Positions 1 to 8,498 of a stretch of 27,355 nucleotides of DNA are shown here, in pieces. Each line of letters begins with the position of its first letter. The stretch's first letter is position 1. This DNA is from an uncultured delta proteobacterium (GTDB lineage Bacteria > Desulfobacterota > Syntrophobacteria > BM002), in the NCBI GenBank assembly GCA_963712115.1, contig CAVQGX010000070.1, positions 1 to 27,355 of the forward strand, read 5' to 3'. The position numbers and the translations under genes are program-made. The notes beneath the pieces were generated by a model. That model had not been told where the DNA came from, searched no databases, and saw nothing but the letters and a program-made list of their open reading frames with translations.

Positions 1-3
1 GCC

Positions 4-3000
4 CTATCGTCCAGGGGCTCCGAGCTCCACCATTAACTCCAACTCAGTTTCATCTCGCTGCACTTGAACCTTAACGGTATTGCCCACATATTTGGTGGCA
101 AGATTGGCCCTAATGTCATCCAAATCCTTCACCTTAATATCATCCACCGCCAAGAGAATGTCTCCCTTTTCCAGCCCGGCCTTTAGAGCACCACCACCCT
201 TGACGAGGTCGGCAACAATGAACTGCTCGCCCGATGTATCTAACACTACCCCGAGCTTTGCCTCCTCTGGAGCCTCAAGATTACTGGGAAATACAATGAA
301 ATCTGCCATACCAGGCTCCGGTAATTCTCCGGGATCGGGAAGGATAATGGCGTAATCTTTGGCAATCCGTCTGTAAGCCCTCTTGGGGATACCTGAGCCG
401 TAGGCAAGGTGACCGCTTCCAGCCAGCACTACCAGGTGAAAGTCAGGCCGATCTGTGAGAAAGGAGGCAAGGGTCTCGGCCATGGTTTCGTCCCAAAGGA
501 TCTGGGCCTGGTGAAAGTGTTCAAAAATCTGGGGTGGTTTTTTGCCGGCCAGTTCAGTCTGATGCATCTCGAAGACACGCCTCAACCTTTCCCTGTAAGG
601 TTCATCGTCTAAAGCCATCTCAGCGGGTATTCTCCCTTTCTCTTCCTGGGTCAATTGGTCTAGTCCTTGGTTGGCAACTTTGCTGACCAACTGGTGCTCC
701 TGGTTAAGAGCAACTACAGGAATCTTGTGCTCTCTGGCATACTGTAAGATGTCCTCATAAAGGTGATAGTTGAACCTCCAAGTGTCTAAATAGCGGGACC
801 CCTTCAAAAAAGTTTGCGTATCCGTTTCTCCGGAGATGTATTCGTCCAAAGCCTCTTGGTAACGACGTTGAAACATCTCCATGCCAATGGCCAATTTTGG
901 ATACCGCTGGTGCAGATCGCGAATAATCTCGAGCTGTAGCAGGTGATCACCATAGCGGTCATGCTTTTCTCCCACATAAACAATTGTTCTATCCGCCACC
1001 TGAGAAACAATTTCAGCTAAAGGAAGTACACTTTTGGTAGCGATTCCCCTAACCGGTGCATCCACTTCGTACTGAATTCCCCGGTCGCTGCTTTCGGTCT
1101 CCCTCTCCACGTTTCTTCCCCCAGAAAAGGTAAGTTTACTGTATTTTCCGTAGTGAAAAACCTTGTTTATTACCCCTTTCACTTCTTCGGAACTTTCGCC
1201 CAGAGCCAGGCCAACCACCAGATTGGGATTGAAGCCATTTTTCCTAATTTCAATACTGAATCCGCTTTTTGTCTCTGCTGACCTCGGAAAGAGGAACTCA
1301 TGCTTACTATGATCTCCCAGAAATAACAAAGATTTATGACCTAAAGTGGAGTGATCCACCTTGTCGGCAGCCAACTTTTCAAAACCACGGCTCTCCAAGG
1401 CTTGAATCAAAGGCTGGTAGATATCCAGGTTCGTTTCAGGCATTACCACTGTTCGAGCTGGATCCCCCAACAGGCGACTCAAGACAGCCCTTCTCTCAAT
1501 TGGTTTCAAGGTACGAAAGAGGTCGTAGTCCGGATCTACAATGATCTCCTTTGCCCTGCCCTTGGTGGACAAGGCGAAAGCTTGTCTATCCTTCGATAGA
1601 GACAAAACCTTTTTCTCTTCCTTGTCTTCCGTGCGGATAACAAGGGGAATCAACACAGGCATTGGGCTGTTACTGACCTGAAGGTTGAATTCCAGGGTGT
1701 AACCATCCATCGACTGATTCAGCCTGATCTTATCGAGATTTATTGCCATTGCCCCTTTGTCCTGGAGCCAGAATTCAAAAAAACCCCTTAGATCCTCTGC
1801 CGCGGTGCTTGAAAATATCGCTTCGAGATCCTGCCAGGAGGTTACGCGAAAGCGCTGCTTTACCAACAACTGCCTAAGTGTTTCTCTGAATGTTTTTTCT
1901 CCCACACGGTCGTTGAGCATATGGAAGACCATAGCGGTCTTGCCATATCCGACGGCACGCGAAGCGCGATCGTCCCCGCTGACAAAGTCCTGAATGGCGA
2001 TCTCATTTTCCCCATGAACGTAACTCTCGTAATCCTCGATTATCCCCTTGCGATATAGCCAGCCCGTTCCTTGCATTTGTTCATAGTAATGATCTGCCAG
2101 ATAGGTGGTTAAACCTTCCGACCAATTCCCCTTGGGGTAGTCTACGTAAACCGAATTGCCAAACCAGGAGTGGAGGATTTCATGCCCCAATGAAGTCTCT
2201 GGGATGAAGGGCAGCTTGAGTACCTCACGGCCCAAAAGGGTGAAGGTGGGCATTCCGTAGCCCGTGGGCAAAATATTTTCTACCACAGCAAACCGTTTGA
2301 AAGGGTAGGGGCCCAGCATGTTTTCATACATTTCCAAATATTTCTTACTGGCATCCAGATAGCGGCGTGCAAAGTTCTGATCCTCGGGGAGCAAATAGGT
2401 CTCCACCTGCACCCTGCCGTGGTGGTCTGTTTCGACCAAATATGAAGCCATGACAAAATGGATATGCGTTACTGGGTGGGGGAAATCAAAACTTATCAGC
2501 TTTCGGTTTCCCATATCCTTAACAGTTATAACCTCGGCTTCAGAAACGGCCTGAAAGCTTTTGGGAACCATTGCTTGCAGTGAAAAGCGGGCGAGTTCGG
2601 CCTCTGCAGCAGGGTACCAATCTGAAAGGAGAAAAACACCTTCGTCACCAATGGTGTTTGCCAGGTTCTCGCCCTCTTTGTTGGAAAAGACTCCTTCGTA
2701 TTCCATCTCTATCTGCATTGACCCTCCGCGGAGGGGGAGGGCGATGCGATTGTCTTTCACTTTTGGCGTAGCACTTTTTCCATTGATTACAAATTTGGTT
2801 ATCCGCAGACCCCTACCGACCGCTATCGCTCTCACACTCTCGGGAAAAATGGCATCCACTGTTCCAAAAATTTTGTGTTCTGCGAGATCGAAGGAGATCT
2901 TCATTCGGTGTTCAGCAAAGGTATCGGCCATTCCAGTTGAAGGTAATCCCAGTGAAGCGGTTATCATCAGGAGGCAGAGCAAAACAAGATTAATTGTGCG

Positions 3001-3012
3001 GCTGTATGTCAT
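4..3012 (-). CDS. Exported M1-family zinc metallopeptidase fused to a ChaN-like (heme-uptake/Tiki superfamily) domain and a C-terminal PDZ domain
   Basis: N-terminal signal peptide. Gluzincin motif HEILH...EGL (GHEILHSWFGN...WSEGLTTY). ChaN-like motifs VYVGEKHD, IGMEMF, QILWDETMA and LAGSGH. C-terminal PDZ (KLGVVL...GLEKGDILLAVD). ATG 3012 has a GGAG SD; the ORF track extends the start to 3027. Confidence 0.85.
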   Translation of the reverse strand: MTYSRTINLVLLCLLMITASLGLPSTGMADTFAEHRMKISFDLAEHKIFGTVDAIFPESVRAIAVGRGLRITKFVINGKSATPKVKDNRIALPLRGGSMQIEMEYEGVFSNKEGENLANTIGDEGVFLLSDWYPAAEAELARFSLQAMVPKSFQAVSEAEVITVKDMGNRKLISFDFPHPVTHIHFVMASYLVETDHHGRVQVETYLLPEDQNFARRYLDASKKYLEMYENMLGPYPFKRFAVVENILPTGYGMPTFTLLGREVLKLPFIPETSLGHEILHSWFGNSVYVDYPKGNWSEGLTTYLADHYYEQMQGTGWLYRKGIIEDYESYVHGENEIAIQDFVSGDDRASRAVGYGKTAMVFHMLNDRVGEKTFRETLRQLLVKQRFRVTSWQDLEAIFSSTAAEDLRGFFEFWLQDKGAMAINLDKIRLNQSMDGYTLEFNLQVSNSPMPVLIPLVIRTEDKEEKKVLSLSKDRQAFALSTKGRAKEIIVDPDYDLFRTLKPIERRAVLSRLLGDPARTVVMPETNLDIYQPLIQALESRGFEKLAADKVDHSTLGHKSLLFLGDHSKHEFLFPRSAETKSGFSIEIRKNGFNPNLVVGLALGESSEEVKGVINKVFHYGKYSKLTFSGGRNVERETESSDRGIQYEVDAPVRGIATKSVLPLAEIVSQVADRTIVYVGEKHDRYGDHLLQLEIIRDLHQRYPKLAIGMEMFQRRYQEALDEYISGETDTQTFLKGSRYLDTWRFNYHLYEDILQYAREHKIPVVALNQEHQLVSKVANQGLDQLTQEEKGRIPAEMALDDEPYRERLRRVFEMHQTELAGKKPPQIFEHFHQAQILWDETMAETLASFLTDRPDFHLVVLAGSGHLAYGSGIPKRAYRRIAKDYAIILPDPGELPEPGMADFIVFPSNLEAPEEAKLGVVLDTSGEQFIVADLVKGGGALKAGLEKGDILLAVDDIKVKDLDDIRANLATKYVGNTVKVQVQRDETELELMVELGAPGR

Positions 3013-3054
3013 TGCAGAAATCTCCATTGTTGTATTTCGTCGTGTGCCCCGACT

Positions 3055-3083
3055 AAGGTAAGACTTTTCCGGGGGGGAATCAA
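3055..3083 (-). promoter_or_regulatory. Putative sigma70 promoter of the peptidase-ChaN gene
   Basis: Minus strand reads TTGATT-17 nt-TACCTT; the spacer contains C7. Confidence 0.4.
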
Positions 3084-3095
3084 CCGCTGGCGGAT

Positions 3096-3123
3096 GTCAG
3101 TAGTCCGTTGTCAGTAGTCAGCT
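3096..3123. repeat. Degenerate heptamer tandem repeat, 4 units
   Basis: GTCAGTA GTCCGTT GTCAGTA GTCAGCT. Confidence 0.7.
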
Positions 3124-3291
3124 GGCACCATACACTTTACTAGTTTGCACTAGCAAGAGTCTAGTTATATCAGTGCTGGATCTACACAGACTTGTTCTCT
3201 GCTAGATGTATAAACAGACAGATAGATTGTGGAAGGAGAGAAGCTTAAGGGAATAAAAACAACTTTCGCCAAGATCTGGAGGGTTAGATTC

Positions 3292-3337
3292 GATAGTGCC
3301 AGTTGTCCATATTTACAGCGGGCAACTGGCAACTATC
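3292..3337. repeat. Inverted repeat/hairpin just downstream of the ferritin-like gene, possibly a terminator
   Basis: GATAGT-GCCAGTTGTCC, 11-nt loop, GGGCAACTGGC-A-ACTATC. Confidence 0.55.
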
Positions 3338-3342
3338 TTTTC

Positions 3343-3819
3343 TTACATTTCTGGCATGTAAATGCTTTCGTACAATTCTTCTAGGCTGGCGAGGTGTTTC
3401 GCCTCGTCATGTTGCAGTCGTCGAAACATGCTCTCCATTGGTGCGCCTACACAGGCGTTTGCCATTTTGCCGTAGAAATCCACCGAACGTTTCTCTTCGT
3501 GGATGGCATAAATCATCACATCCTGCGAAGAGGAATCATTGTCAAGAGGCTTGAGTTGAAGTAGCACGGTCAACTCCATGCTGGGGCCTTCTTCCACACC
3601 TGCCTCGTGCAAGGCGATTTCTTCTTCGAGAAAGGCTTTTTCCAGAGTGTATTTGTGCTCTAGTTCTTCAAGAGCCAGCTCTTTGACCAAATCTCTGGCC
3701 CTTTTATCTTCCACCATCTCATAAGCTTTCCGGTAAACGTCGAAGCTTTCTTTCTCCATCTCGATTGCCTTTTCAATTGCTCCTTCTCTGGTGTAACATA
3801 CCTCTTCGAAATCGCTCAT
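3343..3819 (-). CDS. Ferritin-like/rubrerythrin-family diiron protein without a rubredoxin domain
   Basis: Two E...ExxH half-sites (AIEMEKES...EELEH; AIHEEKRS...DEAKH). GGAGG SD precedes ATG 3819. Confidence 0.85.
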   Translation of the reverse strand: MSDFEEVCYTREGAIEKAIEMEKESFDVYRKAYEMVEDKRARDLVKELALEELEHKYTLEKAFLEEEIALHEAGVEEGPSMELTVLLQLKPLDNDSSSQDVMIYAIHEEKRSVDFYGKMANACVGAPMESMFRRLQHDEAKHLASLEELYESIYMPEM

Positions 3820-3967
3820 AGTTTTCCTCCATAACATTCAATTTATATAGTGGATCTTTTCGGCTTGAAAGAAGTTTTAGGTATATTACGTGATCATGGC
3901 AAAGGATTCAAGTACGATTTTTCACTATTTCACCCTGCTGACAACAGCGGCTGTATAGTTATTCAAG

Positions 3968-4870
3968 CTAAGGCCGAGCTAATTCTTTTGCTGACCATTC
4001 CAATTGCTCCAGAAGGTTCTGAATGACCTGGGTAAATGCAGTTTTCGCCAGCGACTCATCGGGCTCAGCGACAAATGGCTCTCCTGAGTCACAACTGATC
4101 ACCACACGCGGATCTATGGGTATGCGGCCAAGAAATGGAACCCCCAGTTCCTTGGCTGCCTTTTCACCTCCACCAATCTTGAAGAGATCGATGCTTTCAC
4201 CGCAGTGGGGGCAGGCCATACCACTCATGTTCTCCACGATTCCAAGGACCGGAATGTTTATCTGTTTGCTGAAACTTACCGCTTTGCGTGAGTCCAAAAG
4301 GGCCACATCCTGAGGGGTGGTCACAATTACGGCCCCATCAACTTCCTTTATTAACTTGGACACACTTAAAGGTTCATCTCCAGTTCCCGGGGGTAGGTCG
4401 ATGAAGAGAAAGTCCAGATCACCCCAATTCACATCTCTAAGGAACTGTCTGATGGCACTGTGCTTGAGGGGCCCCCTCCAGACAATGGCTTTGTCGGGCT
4501 CCTGCGCTAATAGCGCCATTGATACTGCCTTAAAACCCGCAAATACCTCAACCGGCTCAACCCCATCTCCTTTGCTGATCAGATGTTGCCCCTCTATGCC
4601 CAACATTCTGGGGACATCCGGACCGTGTAGATCAGCGTCGAGGATTCCCACTTGATAGCCACGCAGAGCAAGAGAGGCAGCTATGTTAGTGGCTACGGTA
4701 CTTTTTCCCACTCCACCTTTGCCACTCATTACCATTACCTTGCATCGAATGTGGTGGAGCTTCTCCTTCAATCTCTTTTGATCGTGCTCCTTCTTCTCAA
4801 CCGTAGAACACTTGGGTGAAATTTCGCAGCTTTCACAAGGTTTCCTATCTTCACACTTGTTCTCTACCAT
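3968..4870 (-). CDS. mrp: Mrp/NBP35 (ApbC-like) Fe-S cluster carrier ATPase
   Basis: SGKGGVGKST deviant Walker A, DADLHGP, WRGP, DLPPGTGD, ENMS and CPHC, plus a Cys-rich N-terminus. Confidence 0.95.
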   Translation of the reverse strand: MVENKCEDRKPCESCEISPKCSTVEKKEHDQKRLKEKLHHIRCKVMVMSGKGGVGKSTVATNIAASLALRGYQVGILDADLHGPDVPRMLGIEGQHLISKGDGVEPVEVFAGFKAVSMALLAQEPDKAIVWRGPLKHSAIRQFLRDVNWGDLDFLFIDLPPGTGDEPLSVSKLIKEVDGAVIVTTPQDVALLDSRKAVSFSKQINIPVLGIVENMSGMACPHCGESIDLFKIGGGEKAAKELGVPFLGRIPIDPRVVISCDSGEPFVAEPDESLAKTAFTQVIQNLLEQLEWSAKELARP

Positions 4871-4919
4871 GCCCGCTTCCTTATCTCAGTATTATTCTCT
4901 GTAATCACTTCTTGGGTAA

Positions 4920-4948
4920 AATATCGTTTCGCCAAGATCTTTTGTCAA
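4920..4948 (-). promoter_or_regulatory. Putative sigma70 promoter of mrp
   Basis: Minus strand reads TTGACA-17 nt-GATATT, about 50 nt upstream of the ATG. Confidence 0.45.
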
Positions 4949-5121
4949 GCACCGCGACTCACCACTGCCCACCAGGACCCCTCGAACAATTTTTTATAGA
5001 ATATCACGGGAGGATGTGGTTTTGGATATACTGTCACTAGAATAAGCATGATTTTTGCTTGTAGATTATGCTGTCACCAGATTAGCTTCCCATTAGGGGT
5101 GAAATAGGCCGGAGCAGAAAG

Positions 5122-5811
5122 ATGAATAGACTTATCCACGACCTTCTGGAAATAAATCGCAGGCTGTCCTTTGAACTATGGCACATAACACCCATTAATG
5201 AGAGAGCCAGTGGGTTGTCGCCCAGGATGCTGCTGCCTACTCAGGTCAATGGGGACGTCCGCATCGGCGAGTATGAACCGATGATTCTCTATTGCGGCTT
5301 GCTGAATGGTTTAAACTATTATTACTTGATCGAGAATCCCAGCGAGATGACTGCCACATCCGACTTGAATCTGTATGAAGTCAGAAACGACACTTTTAAA
5401 AAAGTTGCCGGAGTTGAATTCAAGGCCCACAATCCAGGCAAGGACATAATTTGGCAGGACATCCGCAAATTGGTCCGGGACAACATAAGCGGAAATTGGT
5501 TCCACATCCTGGAGGATATCGACTCCGAGACCCTCAAATCTATTTTCTCAAAACTTACCGGTTCACTGAGAAGTTACTCTGACAGCCTGAGCGAGAACCC
5601 AATTTCAATCCTTTTCTGTTTTTGCGTTCTGGCAAGAAAGTGGACTTGCATCAAGCATTTTTACTATGACAAGTCCCGGGGAGATTTTAGTATTTACGTG
5701 GACAATTTTTTCGATCTGGACTGTCAAGTGGAATCAGATCACATCGTTGTGAGCAAAGGTCTGGATTGGTATATTTTCCAACTCTACACTGAAGGATTCC
5801 TGGGACATTAG
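5122..5811 (+). CDS. Hypothetical protein with a possible PD-(D/E)XK nuclease-like fold
   Basis: 229-aa ORF with a GGAG SD. The pattern SDLNLY...GVEFKAHN resembles a PD-(D/E)XK core. Confidence 0.6.
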   Translation: MNRLIHDLLEINRRLSFELWHITPINERASGLSPRMLLPTQVNGDVRIGEYEPMILYCGLLNGLNYYYLIENPSEMTATSDLNLYEVRNDTFKKVAGVEFKAHNPGKDIIWQDIRKLVRDNISGNWFHILEDIDSETLKSIFSKLTGSLRSYSDSLSENPISILFCFCVLARKWTCIKHFYYDKSRGDFSIYVDNFFDLDCQVESDHIVVSKGLDWYIFQLYTEGFLGH

Positions 5812-5834
5812 CAAAGCGTCACATCACAAAAAGC

Positions 5835-5891
5835 TTTCAGGTGTCGGGTTTCAGGTGTCAGGAGAAGAAACACAGAGGCTGAAACCTGAAA
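5835..5891. repeat. Heptamer-based (GGTKTCR) hairpin element, copy A
   Basis: TTTCAGGTGTCGGGTTTCAGGTGTCAGGAGAAGAAACACAGAGGCTGAAACCTGAAA; a related copy lies at 7245-7314. Confidence 0.8.
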
Positions 5892-6020
5892 TCCCAAATC
5901 CCAAGCGCCAAATTACAAATAAATTCCAAATTCCAATATTCAATGACCAAAACATGTTTGGAATTTTGAATTTCGGTCATTGTGAGTTGTTTGTTATTTG
6001 TGATTTGTAATTTGGAATTT
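5889..6020. repeat. Long imperfect palindromic element with AAATCCC/GGAATTT heptad arms
   Basis: The A/C-rich left arm pairs with the G/T-rich right arm with 7-nt periodicity. Same architecture as 14714-14868. Confidence 0.8.
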
Positions 6021-6165
6021 CTATCAATCTGCGTCTGTGGATTTCCAGAACGAGGACGAAGTAATTCTGCAATCTACAATCCAAAACTCTTTACATGCTG
6101 CCCGCTTTACGATATATAGTGAAAATCTGCACATCGGAATAAAGTATCGTTCAGGGAGTGATCAA

Positions 6166-6360
6166 ATGCAACCAGAAAGAAAAGCGGGAATCACTATAGT
6201 CTTCGGCGTTCCAGCCATCGTTGGCGCAGGTCTGGTCTGGCAGCTCTCAGGCAGTTGGCAGGTTGTCTTCGGATATCTTGGGCTGCTAGGTTTTATCCTC
6301 GGTGCCTTTCTTGCCAACCCAGAGCAAATGATCTCCAGGGAAAACAAAGCCGATCATTAA
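6166..6360 (+). CDS. Small hypothetical membrane protein with 2 TM helices (64 aa)
   Basis: GGGAG SD before ATG 6166 and two hydrophobic segments. The ORF-track 5' extension from 6037 is probably non-coding. Confidence 0.65.
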   Translation: MQPERKAGITIVFGVPAIVGAGLVWQLSGSWQVVFGYLGLLGFILGAFLANPEQMISRENKADH

Positions 6361-6428
6361 AAAAGAGTTTGTCTGCTTATTCTCAATTTCTACCAATAAA
6401 GGCAGACCCATCCTCTCAAGCTCTGTCC

Positions 6429-7220
6429 TCACAGAATACCCAACTCATCTCCTAATATTTTGTAAGGTTTGGGGAAATCGGGCTGGAAGTTTTGGTAAAA
6501 GGTAACGGGATACCTGGCACCAATCTTGTTTCCGGCCTCCTGCAAGCCCCTTTTGAGTCCAGCCAAATCTTTGCCTGGCAGGCCTAAGACCATCTCATCG
6601 TCCTGGGTCATGGAGAAGATGCGATCACCCATACCTGGGATAGCGATCCGGGGAGCCTGTGAATTGAAAGGCCCAATCAAGTACTCACTGCATTCCACCT
6701 TGCCCCCAAAAGTCCCATTTAACCTCTCCCCACTTTGGTAGACTCGGGCCTGAACCATGCGCATAATCTGGGCTGGATTGCCATAAATGGCAACCGTATC
6801 TGGCTCATACAAGCCCTTGGCCAAGGGAGCGAGAACCAGGGCCTCAAATCTGTCATTATCCAAAAGATTCATCGAATCAATCCCTTTGCGGGCTTGCTTC
6901 TCATCATCGTGGAAATTAACCTCACAAAACAACCTGGCCAAAGTAGCCGGCGGGTCATCAGACCCACTGAAGCCAAAAGCAATCATTGCCGGTACGCAGA
7001 TCAAGTCTTCCCTGGTGAGACCTACAGTCCAGCCGTAAACTCTGGTCATAGTAACTGCCTGACAAATCGTCACTCTTTTCTGTAGAACCACTGACGGCTG
7101 ACGTGTTTTTTCCGGAAAATCAGTCTTATCTTTTAGAAACTTCACCGCCACAGGAAAGGTCTTCAGCCGAAGTTCATTACTGATGAAATCACTTATTTCC
7201 TTGAAGTTTGTCACAGCCAT
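6429..7220 (-). CDS. DUF169 family protein
   Basis: LRLKTFPVAVKF, CQAV, DLICVPA, C(S)E and PGMGDR...DDEM pattern; GGGAGG SD. Confidence 0.85.
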   Translation of the reverse strand: MAVTNFKEISDFISNELRLKTFPVAVKFLKDKTDFPEKTRQPSVVLQKRVTICQAVTMTRVYGWTVGLTREDLICVPAMIAFGFSGSDDPPATLARLFCEVNFHDDEKQARKGIDSMNLLDNDRFEALVLAPLAKGLYEPDTVAIYGNPAQIMRMVQARVYQSGERLNGTFGGKVECSEYLIGPFNSQAPRIAIPGMGDRIFSMTQDDEMVLGLPGKDLAGLKRGLQEAGNKIGARYPVTFYQNFQPDFPKPYKILGDELGIL

Positions 7221-7244
7221 AGGTCCTCCCTTTTGTTGATAAGA

Positions 7245-7333
7245 GGTTTCGGGTGTCAGAGCTTTAGGTTTCAGGTGTCGGGTGTCAGGAAAAAGAAACT
7301 AGAAGCTGAAACCTTAGTCATTGTGATTTGTTA
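7245..7333. repeat. Heptamer-based element, copy A', joined to a fragment like the right arm of the 5889-6020 element
   Basis: GGTTTCAGGTGTCGGGTGTCAGGAAAAAGAAACTAGAAGCTGAAACCT followed by TAGTCATTGTGATTTGTTA. Confidence 0.75.
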
Positions 7334-7431
7334 TAAGGAAGGTTAAGTTTATCAGCTTCTGATCGAAGGATCTTCAATGAACTACCTGGATTTTAACAAA
7401 GGAGCTGTCCAGCCGCAAGAGGCATGGCGGG

Positions 7432-7800
7432 TTAGGCCAGTCTTTTTGTCTTGCTTGCATAATGCTCAGCAATCAGGTCACGGAGATACTGGCGGTCGGT
7501 GGGAGAGATACTGGTGAACCTAATACCGACTCCGCAGGGGGGACTATCCTCTTCTGTGCAGAGAGGATTGGACCAAGCCACCTCGCCAGATATATTCAAG
7601 GAGTTGCGATTGGGTGCCATCACAAACACCTTGACCTTCTCTTTTGGACGAAGCTGGGCCCGGCAGAGGATAAAGGCCCCACTGGCGCCGATATTCTTTG
7701 TCTCAGCCACAGTGGCCCCATGAGAAGTCAATAGGACGACCGGCCATTTTACTTCGGCTCTGGAAGTTAAACGTTTTTCGGTAACAATTGGAGTATCCAA
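7432..7800 (-). CDS. Stand-alone PilZ domain protein (putative c-di-GMP receptor)
   Basis: RxxxR (RLTSR), NxxxxG (NIGASG), GEVAW and GVGIRF. TTG start with GGAGG SD. Confidence 0.9.
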   Translation of the reverse strand: MDTPIVTEKRLTSRAEVKWPVVLLTSHGATVAETKNIGASGAFILCRAQLRPKEKVKVFVMAPNRNSLNISGEVAWSNPLCTEEDSPPCGVGIRFTSISPTDRQYLRDLIAEHYASKTKRLA

Positions 7801-7941
7801 AATTATACCTCCAACTGTTCAGGGTTATAGACTTTACTCAGCCCTACAGGAGATAAGAGTCAGTCTAAACCAGCTTAAAGTGTGGGTTGAACGAAAAAAC
7901 GATCCCTTTCGCCGGTTGACTATAGCAATCTCTGTGCCCTC

Positions 7942-7983
7942 TGGAAAACTGGCGGCAAGTGTTGGCTTGTCGGCAGTTTTCCA
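7942..7983. repeat. Strong inverted repeat in a divergent intergenic region
   Basis: TGGAAAACTG-G-CGGCAAG-TGTTGG-CTTGTCG-G-CAGTTTTCCA. Confidence 0.7.
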
Positions 7984-8099
7984 ACGATACGGGAGGTCGA
8001 GCGAGTCTCGCCCGTCTAGCTCTTTATCTTTCCTCGTGACAGTGGAGATGGCATGGGCTAGACTCTTAGAATCATTCAGAAGAAAAAAAGGCAGACCCT

Positions 8100-8435
8100 A
8101 TGCCACCATATCTTGAACTACTGCTCGAAAAATCTTTCGAAATCATCCCGGGAGAGCTTTACAACCAGTACCGGTTAGAGGTGGCAGAGCAAGTCGGCGA
8201 TTCCTACTTATTTTATGAATTCTCGCTGTTGGAGGAAAAACCGTGGAGATATCTCCGCGAGAGCACCTATCCTCTATTTGTCCGCTATATCAAAGCCAAA
8301 CTCATAGATCCCACCACGGCCAATGGAGTGGTGGTGGCCGTCTTCCATGCCGATAAATGCTATCTGTTGAAGGGAGAAGACTTCCTTGCAGCTTACCGGG
8401 AAATTGAAGGTGTTGATCGTTCAACATTCTTCTGA
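8100..8435 (+). CDS. Hypothetical protein resembling the deltaproteobacterial STAUR_1299-like family
   Basis: 111-aa ORF. The pattern YE..L.EEKPW.YLR...YP.F.RY.KAK..DP is recalled from that family but not verified by search. Confidence 0.65.
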   Translation: MPPYLELLLEKSFEIIPGELYNQYRLEVAEQVGDSYLFYEFSLLEEKPWRYLRESTYPLFVRYIKAKLIDPTTANGVVVAVFHADKCYLLKGEDFLAAYREIEGVDRSTFF

Positions 8436-8498
8436 AATCAGAGGGCTACACCTGATTCCAGCACCATGGTTTTGGACTGCCCTGCTCTATCACTAACT

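Noticed and set aside
3138-3205. Cluster of four CTAG tetramers with small palindromes
   Set aside because: No consistent spacing or extended symmetry, so it cannot be distinguished from chance.
5044-5059. sigma54-like promoter AAGCATGATTTTTGCT
   Set aside because: The invariant -24 GG is AG here.
7801-7940. c-di-GMP (GEMM) riboswitch upstream of the PilZ gene
   Set aside because: The minus strand has CGAAAG but lacks the flanking GGCAAAC...GACGCAAAGC paired architecture.
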